A stretch of 64,000 nucleotides of DNA from an uncultured cyanobacterium (GCA_963703315.1 OY969811.1:4384001-4448000), one strand, 5' to 3'; counted from the first letter of the stretch, positions 8,347-19,237 are shown. Notes: generated by a model from the sequence alone, not told the origin. Numbers and translations: made by a program.

Positions 8347-11300
8347 TTAGACAAAGTAATTGGCTGTGTTAAGTTGTCCAACTAGATCGTCTCCTGCCTT
8401 GAATTTCATGTTGGTGACATCAACGACCAGATCAGTACTATTAGAAAATCCTGCTGTACCATCATTGACCGAGAGATAGGAGCGAACGCCAAATTTGAAG
8501 AATGCGGCTTCATTGGCGTTTAGTGCTTGATTGTCAGAGGTAAGAGGATCGCGATCGCTATAAACTGCTTGGATTGCTTCCTGTAAATTCGCAGCATTAA
8601 CTGTGCCGACATTAAAGAGATTGCTTAGAGAGAAAGGTACAATCTGGATGCGATCGCCTTCTGCTTGGTTGAAGTCGGTAATGTTATCTAATTGGTTAAT
8701 GGTTGTATTGGTGTAGAGAGAGTCGGTGAGAGCTTCGTAGCGGAATATATCGCTGCCTGCGCCGCCAACTAACTGATCGCGATCGCCTAAACCTATCAGG
8801 ATGTCATTGCCAATACCTCCAATTACTTTATCTCTGCCCGATGTACCTGTGAGAGTATCTCCGCCAATGGATGCTTGTTGGTTGGTAATGGTCTTAACTA
8901 AAGATGTGTTGGCTGGTTTACTTTGTTCACCAAAGTTATAGTCTGTACCTGTTGCTCCAGCACCAAGCACAATATTTGCGATTACATCATTGCTTAGAGT
9001 GCCAGATAAGCTGCCAACGCTGTCCAGTCCGTCATTGTAGCCTGTGGGTTGAGTTTCCGTTAGGGTATAACTTCCTGACCAGAGGTTGTTAAAGTCATAA
9101 GATCCATCGGTAGCTGTAGTGGTAGTTCGGTTTTCAATAATGCCATTGTTGGCAGTGCCAGTGAGGGTGATTGTGACACCTGCGAGTTTCGTTTCTCCTA
9201 CATCGACAAGACCATTATTGTTAGTGTCTAAGTAAGCTAAGCCAGATAATTTTGCAGTTGCACCGACAAGGGTTGTGACATCGGCTTGAGTTGGGGCTGC
9301 TTCAGTTTGTCCTACGTTATCAGTAGCAACACTATAGAAACTATATGTGGTTTCTGTTTGACCGTTATAAATTGCTGATGTATCTGTAGTATCGTCTTTC
9401 CAGAGGACTAGTTGATCGCCATTGGTTGATACATAAATGTCGGAGAAAGCAGTACCACTACCGTTATCCGTGCCTGTCCAAGATACGGTGAAACTGGTAT
9501 TACGATTGGTGCTTGGCAATGCGGTCACTGCACTGCTAGGTCTTGTGTTATCGACAGTATTCAGATGGACTGGAGTATTAATCGGATCATTGGTATCAAA
9601 GACGATACTGGCTTCGGTAGTGAGTTGAGTGCCAGTAGCCAAGTTTGGTTTGGCTTGGATCTTATAGCTCAAGAAACCTTCCCCTGAGTGCGTGTCTTTG
9701 TCGTTGGGTGGCAAGAATCCTGCGTTAATATCTGTCGTCGGTAACTTTCCTGTTAATGGATCGATGGTGGTGAGTTTGTAGGTGACTTTGCCAGTGGTGG
9801 CATTAAGACTGGCTTCAAAGTCTACGAAGTAGCCAATGGAGTCTCTAGCATCAACCCTAGCGCTGTAATTTTGAAACCCATCGGGAACATCGATATAAAA
9901 ATCACCAAAGCCAAAATCACCGAGTTGGAAAGTTGTCCAGTCGAGATCGCTATCAAGTTGTTGGGTGACGGTAACAAATACGGCAGGTACACTAGCATCT
10001 GAGGCATTTTCAAAGCGAATAATGTAGGGAAATGTTTGGTTAGGAATGAGCCAACCTTCTGCACCAAAGCCTTTTGGTCCAACAACATCGTTGGGGTCAC
10101 GGGAGGGGAATACGGGGACGAAACCAGAGTACTTACCATATCCCTTAACAGAAGGTGGAGGAGTTATACCTAGTGGGGGAAGATCACAATAAACCCTATC
10201 TTTAGCTTTCTGCAATTCATTCTCATAATCAAGGAGGTCATGTCTTTCGACCATCGCTCTCATTTCTTTTTTTGCACAATCAATTTGTGCCTGCCAAGCC
10301 TCCACCTCCCCATCATTACAAGCTTTGTTGTCGGTGAAAATTTTTAGGTTTTTCTTAAACTGCTCTACATGCTTTTGCTCATGTTCTAACAAGCATTTAT
10401 TGACAAGATTTGGTGATATTGGCACCCATTTACCTGATCCAAAAGGCTTTTCTACCTCGCATGATATTTTTCCAGCGGGGCTTGTTACACATCTTTCCGC
10501 TCGTGGACTTTTTGGAGACAATCCAAGTGGATCAATCTTGTTTGTAGGAGAATTAGCAGCATAATCGTAAAGATTAGTATCTCCACCTGCAATACCGATC
10601 GGATCTTGTTGAGTGAATCGACCATCTTTTGAATCATAGAATCTTGCCCGCATGAAATCAAGTCCATTACCTTCATCCATCACCCCCCACTGACCAACAT
10701 ACTCAAAGGGATTCGCAATAGATTCATTAGTGGTCAGGTTCTCACCAAAGGGAAGATAACTATACTGGTTAACATAGCTACCAGCAGCACTGGTCAAACC
10801 AGCCACCGACCCGATCGCATCAAAATCATAATAAGCCTGATTACCCCCTCCAGAGCGACTTTCTAAACCCAGCCCATAGGTATAATTAGCAATCAGATTT
10901 CCATTACTATCATATTCACCCACCACATTACCTAAATCAGTCGGATCGATGAGAAACTCAGTACGCTGTCCATCCTTAATAGAAGCAATCCGATTCCCGA
11001 TCGCATCATATTCATAACTCCAAGTACCAGCAGAAGTCGTCACACCAATGAGACGATTTTCCACATCATAGACATAGCTGCTAGTCTGACCACCTTCTAC
11101 TTTTTGAGTCAAATTGCCATCGGTGTCATAGGTATAAGCCGCACCACTCACAGTCGTATATTGATTGAGCATATTCGTACTGTAGTCAGTGGCAACTCCA
11201 CTATCTGTAACCTTAATGCGATTACCTGCGGCATCATATTGATATTCAATTGTCCTGCCATTAGGAAGACTAACGGAAGTCAATTGTCCCGTAGCGTCAT

Positions 11301-14300
11301 AGCCATAGTTAGTTTTGCCCTCTAAAGTGGTCATACTTGTACGCCGACCTAGAGCATCATAGGCATAGTCAAACCGAGAATTAACCGTGTTATCGGCTTT
11401 GTAGTTGACTAAACTGAGTTGTTGTCCTGCCTTGTCATAGTTATAGGTTGTGTAAGTGCCATTGCCATTATCACTACGACTGAGATTTCCGACTGCATCA
11501 TAGGTATAGGAAGCAATCAGACTATTACTGCCATTCTGGAGACTACTTAAACGCCCAACGGTGTCATAGCTATACTTGACCACATTACCCAAATTATCTG
11601 CCATCTGAGTTCTGCGTCCTGCTGCATCATAGGCATAGGAAACAAACCGCCCATCACCATCAGTGACCTTGGTTAAACGGTCAGCACTGTCATAGACAAA
11701 GCTCGTGCTACTATCGGCATCGATCGCCGTTAGTAAATTACCGCGACTGTCATAGCTAAAAGTAGCACTAGAGCCACCTGCATAATCTTTGCGGATTAAT
11801 TGGAAGTTGGCATCATAGGTATATTGAATTTCCTGTCCGCGACGATTTGCCGAAACTGTGAGATTACCTTGACTGTTATAACCAAAAGTTTCCGTTGAAC
11901 CATCAGCATAGGTGAGCTTGGTTAAGTTCCCTTTTGCGTCATAGGCATAGTTGGTGAGATTGCCTTTCTGATCTTGGACTGTGGCTAGTTGGTCAAAATT
12001 TCGCTCATAGGTGAAGTCAACCCGATGACCGAGAGGATTGCTAGAACTAAGTAGATTACCTTGAGGATCGTAGGTAAAACTGCCTGCCGTGTCACCAGGA
12101 GCAATAATTTGAGTGAGATTGCCATCGGAGTCATAGCGATATTGGATTGTGCGATTGAGTGGGTCTATCGATCTAGCAATTTGACCGCGATCGTTTAAAA
12201 ATTGCTTAGTAACTGCACCACTAGCATCGGTAATGGTAACGCCGCCTGTTGAGTCATAGCTGTAGGTAATGGCTTCAGTCCCACTATTTAAGCTCTGATT
12301 GATTAAACGTCCCTGACTGTCGTACTGATATAAAGTTTGAGAAGCATCGGGATAGGTGATTGAGCTAATCGCAAATTGTGATGCTCCTGCCGCAGTCACA
12401 TAGCTATAAGTAGTTGTGCCATTAGGTGTGGTGATATTAATCAGGCGATCGCCCGTTGCGTCATAGCCATAGGTCGTCACTCGTCCTGCTTGATCGGTGG
12501 CTTTGTCGATCCGCCCTTGAGCATTGTAAGTAAAAGTGATATTGTCGCCGTTGCTATAGTCAAGCTTTGTCAGTTGATTATTACTGTAAGTAGCTTGAAG
12601 ACGGTTACTATTAACATCTTCAATGTAATCAAACTTGCCATTTGTACGGAAAACTGTCTGACTACCATCTTTTTCCCGTAATCGATAAATGCCACCAACA
12701 AGAGAGAGAACTCCGTCATCTCCAGTTTCAGCAAGATAGCTACCATCGGACTGCAAGTTAAAATCATGGCTAATTCCAGCCTTCTTGACTATAATATTGC
12801 CTTTAGCATCAGTAGTAAAAGCAATATCCCAAGGAAAAGCTTGTCCTTTCCCTAACGAACTTTCGATAAAACGTTGCGAAATACTACCAAAATTATTGGC
12901 TTGCTCAAATTCAAAAGCGAATAGTCGAGAGACATCGTTGGTGGACTCTCCAATTTGACTTAGATAGGTAGCATTCTCAGCTAGTACAGATTGATATTGA
13001 CTTACATCTGTACCCACAGCATTGATAAAGTTTGTCCAGATAATATTCCACGCGGCATCAGGAATTGTATCTGGTTTGAGTGTGGGTTTAATATTTTGCC
13101 AGTCAATGGTAACTGGTTGATTAGCAGGAGTTCCACCTTGTTCATAGAGCTTCGCTTTATCGACAGCAAAATTGATGTTAACGTCAGTAATAGTGGGGTT
13201 AGGCAGAAATAGTGCCGTAAAGCTGCCAATTTCTCCAGGTGACAATATTCCTGTTACTGCATCCGAACCACTTGCTAAGAATTGGAGAGAAGTAGCGGTA
13301 AATTCTTGACCTCCATCAAGTCGCATTTTTGCCTTGTCTGTATTTAAGGTGAGCAAAGGCGCAGTAATATCGCTGCTGCCAGTATTGCGATAGTTAACAG
13401 TGACTTCACCTGTCCACCAAGGACGTAACCCCTTAGGGACAACTAGCGAAAGCTCAATGTTGTCATTATTAAAGAGGGTATTGTTATTAACAATTTGACT
13501 ATTGATCGTGAAAACATCGTTTGAGATAACATTTGCGGCTGCATTTTCCACGCGAACGTCATATAGTCCTGTTGATAAGCCTTTTAGGTCAAATGTACCT
13601 GAGAGAGTTGTATTGTCATACCAAATAACTTGAGATGCAGGGTGGGTAGTGCCATCAGGAGCAATTAAGGTTAATTTTGTATCTGCGGTAAATTGAGTTC
13701 CTTCCACAGTAATAGTCGTTGTGCCTCCATTACTACCGATATTGGGGGTGATTGACTGAATCTGAAGCGGTACTGGTGTTGCCGAAGGGATAGCATTTAA
13801 CGTCATACTGTAGTTTGCATTAATCCCTTGAGAATTGACTTTGAGATAGTATGTACCTGCGGCTAACTCAGTGGGTGGATTCGCTATGAGGTTACCTTGC
13901 TTATCCAGTAGTGATAGAGAGGCATTGTTGGAAATAGAGTAATTATAAGTGCTGGGCTTAATCAGTTCAAATCGATAGAAGTCTACGGGATCGACATCAC
14001 CCACGAAATCCTTAAAGGTTTGACTCCCTAATAAATTTCCAAGATCTCTTGCATTGCCGAGTGTATTCCCTGCTTGGTCAGCAATTGGGTTGGCAGAAGC
14101 CTGTAAAGTGTAGTTGTTGATTTGGGAAGAAGAAAGCGAAATGCCGTAGGTTCCAGCAAACAAGTTCTTTTGAATTGATTGTCCACTAGTAATTACATTA
14201 GTTATCCCAGAAGTTGCATACAGCAACTTCATTGACAAGTTATTGTTGTTTAATGACAAGTTAACTTGACTATCAGTATCAAGATTAAAAACATAAAGAT

Positions 14301-16896
14301 CTTCGGTATTTGTACTATTTACAGAATCATTAATAGTTTTAAGACTGTTGAGAGTTCCTAAATCTACAACATCATTGCTGAGTATTTTTAGCCCGACAAT
14401 GCTGCTGCCAGAGAGATTACCTACATTTTCTATAAATCCTTTACCTACTGCACTAGAAATGCGATCTCCATAAAAATCAAGAATACTGAGATCTGTGGCG
14501 GGATCTAAAACACCATCTTGGTTAAGATCAACGATTAAGGTTGTGTTTAGACGACCTAACCCCATTTTACCTAATTGTGCTTTGGCTAAGTCGATTTGAG
14601 CGTTTTGTAAAACGAGGGTATCGTTTCCCGCAGAGTCTTGAATTGAACTTCCTCCTGATTTTGTAGCATCCACAATATAAGTATCGTTGCCACCAGCACC
14701 ATTGAGTTTATCTTTCCCTCCACCCGCATTAATGATATCGTTGCCATCACCAGTGCGAATATCGTCATTAAAAGCAGTTCCTGTAATCTGAAATCGTTCT
14801 ATATTATTGAAATTAACACGGTCAGTATTAAAGTTGCTGTTGTAGTAAGCAGAGTAGTAACCACTGAAACCATTACTATTTCCTGCTGCCGCGCTAGTAA
14901 TCCCTGCTGCTGGTGTCGTTCCTGAATAAACATTACTCGAATAATCCACAATCAATAAATCATTTCCTGCTCCTCCATCAACTGTATCAGTCCCTAATCC
15001 TGAATTAATTACATCATCGCCACCACCTGTAGTGAAGCTATTATTGATACGTTGACTCAGGTTAATGACATCGTTCCCACTACCTGTGATGAGATTGGGA
15101 AATCTTTCAATGTTACTGATATTCGTGCCATCCGAAAGTGTTACTGTTTTGGCTGTATCACTTTCATCCAGACTAAAGGCTGTAGTTAGTAAGCTGAAGT
15201 TACCATCGGTGAGAGTGTCAATCCCTTCCCCTCCATCAATCACATTGATGCCTAATCCTCCACTAATTACATCATTTCCCTTGCCTGAGTTAATAGTGTC
15301 GTTTCCATCTCCCCCATTAATGGTATCGTTGCCATCACCAGTATTGATCGTATCATTGCCTCCGAATGCATTAATCGTGTTATTGCCTCCACCCGCATTA
15401 ATGATATCGTTGCCATCACCAGTGCGAATATCGTCATTAAAAGCAGTTCCTGTAATCTGAAATCGTTCTATATTATTGAAATTAACACGGTCAGTATTAA
15501 AGTTGCTGTTGTAGTAAGCAGAGTAGTAACCACTGAAACCATTACTATTTCCTGCTGCCGCGCTAGTAATCCCTGCTGCTGGTGTCGTTCCTGAATAAAC
15601 ATTACTCGAATAATCCACAATCAATAAATCATTTCCTGCTCCTCCATCAACTGTATCAGTCCCTAATCCTGAATTAATTACATCATCGCCACCACCTGTA
15701 GTGAAGCTATTATTGATACGTTGACTCAGGTTAATGACATCGTTCCCACTACCTGTGATGAGATTGGGAAATCTTTCAATGTTACTGATATTCGTGCCAT
15801 CCGAAAGTGTTACTGTTTTGGCTGTATCACTTTCATCCAGACTAAAGGCTGTAGTTAGTAAGCTGAAGTTACCATCGGTGAGAGTGTCAATCCCTTCCCC
15901 TCCATCAATCACATTGATGCCTAATCCTCCACTAATTACATCATTTCCCTTGCCTGAGTTAATAGTGTCGTTTCCATCTCCCCCATTAATGGTATCGTTG
16001 CCATCACCAGTATTGATCGTATCATTGCCTCCGAATGCATTAATCGTGTTATTGCCTCCACCCGCATTAATGATATCGTTGCCATCACCAGTGCGAATAT
16101 CGTCATTAAAAGCAGTTCCTGTAATCTGAAATCGTTCTATATTATTGAAATTAACACGGTCAGTATTAAAGCTGCTGTTGTAGTAAGCAGAGTAGTAACC
16201 ACTGAAACCATTACTATTTCCTGCTGCCGCGCTAGTAATCCCTGCTGCTGGTGTCGTTCCTGAATAAACATTACTCGAATAATCAACGATCAATAAATCA
16301 TTTCCTGCTCCTCCATCAACTATGTCAGTCCCCAACCCTGCATTAATTACGTCATCGCCAGCAGTGCCATTTATTGTGTCATTCCCATCCGTCCCCGTAA
16401 AATTTTGTTGCTCGATCGCAATCTCAACCTCATTGATCGGAATAATTCCATGATCATCCTCAGATCTTAAAGCCAACAAAGTATCAGCATCTAAACTCTG
16501 ACCAAGCACCAAAGCCGCAAAAATTGCTCCCTCATCTCCCTTACTATCTACCTGATTGATCTGAGCATCGACAAAATGCCCATACTCCTCCAACAACACA
16601 TTAACTAAGCTATTGGTGGTCGCATTCTCAATAAAATTATCCGACAAATAAATGGTATTAGTACTACTGGCATAAGCCCCATTTGCATTACCCAAAATGC
16701 TGCTGCTAATTACCTCAACCTTCGGAAATTGACTAAAATCTCGTTCTTGCCATTGCGATCGGAACTGCATCGCCGCAATTTGGTTGTACTGTTTCCCAAA
16801 AGTAATATCAAAGAGCTTCCAAAAATTATCTAGATTTGCAAAAGAAGTGAGTTGATCAGCAATCACATCGACACTGAGACTAATATTTAGAAGCAT
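8347..16896 (-). CDS. Giant RTX Ca-binding / RHS-YD repeat surface protein with an internal HExxH module, an SdrD-B-like domain and a bluetail-like C-terminal domain
   Basis: GGxGxD nonapeptides, many YD repeats, RHS core RARFYD...DPIG...NLYDY...PTNKIDPLGL, then the SRDPND domain, DTNNNG...GVTITL and a C-terminal RTX region. Confidence 0.88.
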   Translation of the reverse strand: MLLNISLSVDVIADQLTSFANLDNFWKLFDITFGKQYNQIAAMQFRSQWQERDFSQFPKVEVISSSILGNANGAYASSTNTIYLSDNFIENATTNSLVNVLLEEYGHFVDAQINQVDSKGDEGAIFAALVLGQSLDADTLLALRSEDDHGIIPINEVEIAIEQQNFTGTDGNDTINGTAGDDVINAGLGTDIVDGGAGNDLLIVDYSSNVYSGTTPAAGITSAAAGNSNGFSGYYSAYYNSSFNTDRVNFNNIERFQITGTAFNDDIRTGDGNDIINAGGGNNTINAFGGNDTINTGDGNDTINGGDGNDTINSGKGNDVISGGLGINVIDGGEGIDTLTDGNFSLLTTAFSLDESDTAKTVTLSDGTNISNIERFPNLITGSGNDVINLSQRINNSFTTGGGDDVINSGLGTDTVDGGAGNDLLIVDYSSNVYSGTTPAAGITSAAAGNSNGFSGYYSAYYNSNFNTDRVNFNNIERFQITGTAFNDDIRTGDGNDIINAGGGNNTINAFGGNDTINTGDGNDTINGGDGNDTINSGKGNDVISGGLGINVIDGGEGIDTLTDGNFSLLTTAFSLDESDTAKTVTLSDGTNISNIERFPNLITGSGNDVINLSQRINNSFTTGGGDDVINSGLGTDTVDGGAGNDLLIVDYSSNVYSGTTPAAGITSAAAGNSNGFSGYYSAYYNSNFNTDRVNFNNIERFQITGTAFNDDIRTGDGNDIINAGGGKDKLNGAGGNDTYIVDATKSGGSSIQDSAGNDTLVLQNAQIDLAKAQLGKMGLGRLNTTLIVDLNQDGVLDPATDLSILDFYGDRISSAVGKGFIENVGNLSGSSIVGLKILSNDVVDLGTLNSLKTINDSVNSTNTEDLYVFNLDTDSQVNLSLNNNNLSMKLLYATSGITNVITSGQSIQKNLFAGTYGISLSSSQINNYTLQASANPIADQAGNTLGNARDLGNLLGSQTFKDFVGDVDPVDFYRFELIKPSTYNYSISNNASLSLLDKQGNLIANPPTELAAGTYYLKVNSQGINANYSMTLNAIPSATPVPLQIQSITPNIGSNGGTTTITVEGTQFTADTKLTLIAPDGTTHPASQVIWYDNTTLSGTFDLKGLSTGLYDVRVENAAANVISNDVFTINSQIVNNNTLFNNDNIELSLVVPKGLRPWWTGEVTVNYRNTGSSDITAPLLTLNTDKAKMRLDGGQEFTATSLQFLASGSDAVTGILSPGEIGSFTALFLPNPTITDVNINFAVDKAKLYEQGGTPANQPVTIDWQNIKPTLKPDTIPDAAWNIIWTNFINAVGTDVSQYQSVLAENATYLSQIGESTNDVSRLFAFEFEQANNFGSISQRFIESSLGKGQAFPWDIAFTTDAKGNIIVKKAGISHDFNLQSDGSYLAETGDDGVLSLVGGIYRLREKDGSQTVFRTNGKFDYIEDVNSNRLQATYSNNQLTKLDYSNGDNITFTYNAQGRIDKATDQAGRVTTYGYDATGDRLINITTPNGTTTYSYVTAAGASQFAISSITYPDASQTLYQYDSQGRLINQSLNSGTEAITYSYDSTGGVTITDASGAVTKQFLNDRGQIARSIDPLNRTIQYRYDSDGNLTQIIAPGDTAGSFTYDPQGNLLSSSNPLGHRVDFTYERNFDQLATVQDQKGNLTNYAYDAKGNLTKLTYADGSTETFGYNSQGNLTVSANRRGQEIQYTYDANFQLIRKDYAGGSSATFSYDSRGNLLTAIDADSSTSFVYDSADRLTKVTDGDGRFVSYAYDAAGRRTQMADNLGNVVKYSYDTVGRLSSLQNGSNSLIASYTYDAVGNLSRSDNGNGTYTTYNYDKAGQQLSLVNYKADNTVNSRFDYAYDALGRRTSMTTLEGKTNYGYDATGQLTSVSLPNGRTIEYQYDAAGNRIKVTDSGVATDYSTNMLNQYTTVSGAAYTYDTDGNLTQKVEGGQTSSYVYDVENRLIGVTTSAGTWSYEYDAIGNRIASIKDGQRTEFLIDPTDLGNVVGEYDSNGNLIANYTYGLGLESRSGGGNQAYYDFDAIGSVAGLTSAAGSYVNQYSYLPFGENLTTNESIANPFEYVGQWGVMDEGNGLDFMRARFYDSKDGRFTQQDPIGIAGGDTNLYDYAANSPTNKIDPLGLSPKSPRAERCVTSPAGKISCEVEKPFGSGKWVPISPNLVNKCLLEHEQKHVEQFKKNLKIFTDNKACNDGEVEAWQAQIDCAKKEMRAMVERHDLLDYENELQKAKDRVYCDLPPLGITPPPSVKGYGKYSGFVPVFPSRDPNDVVGPKGFGAEGWLIPNQTFPYIIRFENASDASVPAVFVTVTQQLDSDLDWTTFQLGDFGFGDFYIDVPDGFQNYSARVDARDSIGYFVDFEASLNATTGKVTYKLTTIDPLTGKLPTTDINAGFLPPNDKDTHSGEGFLSYKIQAKPNLATGTQLTTEASIVFDTNDPINTPVHLNTVDNTRPSSAVTALPSTNRNTSFTVSWTGTDNGSGTAFSDIYVSTNGDQLVLWKDDTTDTSAIYNGQTETTYSFYSVATDNVGQTEAAPTQADVTTLVGATAKLSGLAYLDTNNNGLVDVGETKLAGVTITLTGTANNGIIENRTTTTATDGSYDFNNLWSGSYTLTETQPTGYNDGLDSVGSLSGTLSNDVIANIVLGAGATGTDYNFGEQSKPANTSLVKTITNQQASIGGDTLTGTSGRDKVIGGIGNDILIGLGDRDQLVGGAGSDIFRYEALTDSLYTNTTINQLDNITDFNQAEGDRIQIVPFSLSNLFNVGTVNAANLQEAIQAVYSDRDPLTSDNQALNANEAAFFKFGVRSYLSVNDGTAGFSNSTDLVVDVTNMKFKAGDDLVGQLNTANYFV
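14717..16321. repeat. Near-identical 669 bp (223 aa) tandem repeat, about 2.4 copies, inside the RHS gene
   Basis: Sequence at 14717 recurs at 15386 and 16055; identical antisense ORFs at 15065 and 15734. Confidence 0.95.
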
Positions 16897-17267
16897 TATT
16901 ACCTCAGATTTTAGAAACCTTAAACTTAAACTTTAAACTACAAGTAGTATTGCTGTTGTAGTAATAAAAAGTCAATCTTCAAGGAAGCAGGAAATTAAGC
17001 AAAATTAAATTTGTATAGCTGTTTTTCTGTAATTATCATCACTTTTGACTGATGTGCAATATTCCTGAATAATGAAAGCGAATAAAGATAAAGTTAAGCT
17101 GTTCCTGCTTCCCAATTCATAATCAGTTCATCATTGATTCACTATTAGTTCATTATGTGAATTCCTTAACTAGAAAGGATTTCAAGATTTTTTATTTATT
17201 TCTAAATAGATAAAAATCCTCTTAAAATGTTCTACAATGACTTTTAATTAGAGAGAGAATTAAGAAA

Positions 17268-17906
17268 TTGCTACAGGCTTTTACAGCGAGTTTATTGCTG
17301 ATTACTATTTCAGAATTAGGTGATAAAACTTTTTTTATTGCTGTGATTTTATCGATGCGCTATGACCACCGCACCGTATTTTCTTCAGTCTTATCAGCCT
17401 TAGCCCTAATGACTGTGTTATCAGTTCTCCTTGGTCAAGCAGTAGCGCTATTGCCAAAGGAATATACTCACTATGGCGCGATCGCCTTATTTTTGATTTT
17501 TGGGATGAAACTCATTGTCGATGCCATCAGAATGTCGCCTAATTCCACTAAGGAAGTGGTGAAAGAAGCGGAAGAAACAGTGGCAGAAAAAAATCAACAA
17601 ATCTCAATTCCCATTTTTGGCAGAACTCTAGCGCGTTATCCTCAGATGGGAATTTGGATACAGGCTTTTGTGATGACTTTCTTGGCAGAGTGGGGCGATC
17701 GCACTCAAATTAGTACGATCGCTTTAGCAGCAGCGAACGATCCCATCTTTGTAACATTAGGAGCGATTCTAGGACATGGAATCTGTACTGTGATTGCGGT
17801 AATTGGTGGTCGTTTAGTGGCAGGAAGAATTTCTGAGCGCGTAATTACAGGCTTGGGCGGCGTTTTATTTTTGATTTTTGGAATAACAGCTTATTTTCAA
17901 GCTTAA
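17268..17906 (+). CDS. TMEM165/GDT1 (UPF0016) Mn2+/Ca2+ transporter, Mnx-like
   Basis: Two signature motifs, ELGDKT and EWGDRTQ. Confidence 0.9.
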   Translation: MLQAFTASLLLITISELGDKTFFIAVILSMRYDHRTVFSSVLSALALMTVLSVLLGQAVALLPKEYTHYGAIALFLIFGMKLIVDAIRMSPNSTKEVVKEAEETVAEKNQQISIPIFGRTLARYPQMGIWIQAFVMTFLAEWGDRTQISTIALAAANDPIFVTLGAILGHGICTVIAVIGGRLVAGRISERVITGLGGVLFLIFGITAYFQA

Positions 17907-17935
17907 AAAAACTCGGCACATTGTGCCGAGTTTTT

Positions 17936-18322
17936 TTAGTTTCCTTCTACTTGACTACGATATTCACTGGCAGTCATGGTGTTGTCTAGTTCGCTGACAT
18001 CTTCGATATTTACCTTCAACAACCATGATGCCCCGTAAGGATCATTAGTAATATTTTCTGGATCATCAACTAAAGCTGTATTAGCTGCGATCACAGTCCC
18101 AGTTACAGGTGAATAGATATCTTCTACAGCTTTGACCGACTCAATTGTGCCGAAGGTTTGTCCTTTTTCTACCCTTGTCCCCACTTCTGGCAGATCGAGA
18201 AATACAATATCACCGAGTTGATCGATCGCGAAAGCGGTAATGCCCACAGTGGCAGTGTCATTTTCTAATCGAATATATTCGTGGGAATTGGTGTATTTGA
18301 GGTCATCAGGATATTCAAACAT
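17936..18322 (-). CDS. gcvH: Glycine cleavage system H protein
   Basis: [18 protein letters not shown], lipoyl motif [16 protein letters not shown]. Confidence 0.96.
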   Translation of the reverse strand: MFEYPDDLKYTNSHEYIRLENDTATVGITAFAIDQLGDIVFLDLPEVGTRVEKGQTFGTIESVKAVEDIYSPVTGTVIAANTALVDDPENITNDPYGASWLLKVNIEDVSELDNTMTASEYRSQVEGN

Positions 18323-18398
18323 CTGGCTACTTTTCCTTTTTTGTCTTGAATTATTGTAAACAAAAGAGAGGGACGCAAAGCGTCCCTGTACTTATTAT

Positions 18399-19118
18399 TT
18401 ATTTGATTTGTTCAGCGATCGCCTCAACCGCCTCGACTGGCTCCCGCTTAGAAAAACCCCAGAGAAAAACTAGCCCAATACAAGTCAGCATCAACCATTC
18501 AGGTGGAACGAGACTATCGGAAAATACTTTGATAAATAGGCGTAAACCTACCAGTAACACGATCAAATAACCCGCCGATTCAAGGTGAGTAAATTCGGCT
18601 AACCACTTAATAAAAAGTCCCGCTAAAAACCGTAAGGCAATAATTCCTGCCACGCCCCCGATGAGTACTAACCAAGTTTCTTGAGCCACTGCCACTGCCG
18701 CCGTCACACTATCGAGTGAAAATGCGAGATCCGTTAAGGAAACTAGCGCCACGACTTGCCATAATTTATCTGCCATCCGCACAGGATGTTTTGCGTCATG
18801 ACCTTCTTGCGACTTTTCTAAGAAAAATTTACCTGAAAGCCATAGTAAATATATAGAACCAGCTAGTTCAAATTGCCAATATTTAATTACCCACGTAGCT
18901 GTAAAGATCAGGATCACCCGCAATACAAATGCACCGATCAATCCATAACGTAGCGCCCATTCTTCTTGCTTCGGATCTGGTAAACTCCTCACGATCGCAG
19001 CAAGGGCGATCGCATTGTCCGCCGATAGAATTGCCTCTAGCAGAATTAGTACTCCCAAAATGGGAATAACTTCAGGTCGAAAGGAAAAGTCATTCGTTTC
19101 TAGAAACTGCTCGAACAT
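18399..19118 (-). CDS. TerC family membrane protein
   Basis: LEAILSADNA and DLAFSLDSV motifs; ATG 19118 preferred as start. Confidence 0.9.
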   Translation of the reverse strand: MFEQFLETNDFSFRPEVIPILGVLILLEAILSADNAIALAAIVRSLPDPKQEEWALRYGLIGAFVLRVILIFTATWVIKYWQFELAGSIYLLWLSGKFFLEKSQEGHDAKHPVRMADKLWQVVALVSLTDLAFSLDSVTAAVAVAQETWLVLIGGVAGIIALRFLAGLFIKWLAEFTHLESAGYLIVLLVGLRLFIKVFSDSLVPPEWLMLTCIGLVFLWGFSKREPVEAVEAIAEQIK

Positions 19119-19237
19119 GAAGTATGATCCATAACAAAAAATTAACAAATACTATAAGTATACAAAATCCTTAGACCAGAAACCAAGTAATTAAAATTCT
19201 CAGATACCACGACACATTGCCGCTATTTTCTACATTT

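Noticed and set aside
15065..16129. Duplicate 131-aa plus-strand ORFs and the many other short antisense ORFs in the track
   Set aside because: They are shadows of real genes on the opposite strand, with no family motifs.
19119..19237. Possible yybP-ykoY Mn riboswitch upstream of terC (and of the GDT1 gene)
   Set aside because: No recognisable conserved riboswitch core or stems; the leader is AT-rich and abuts a MITE.
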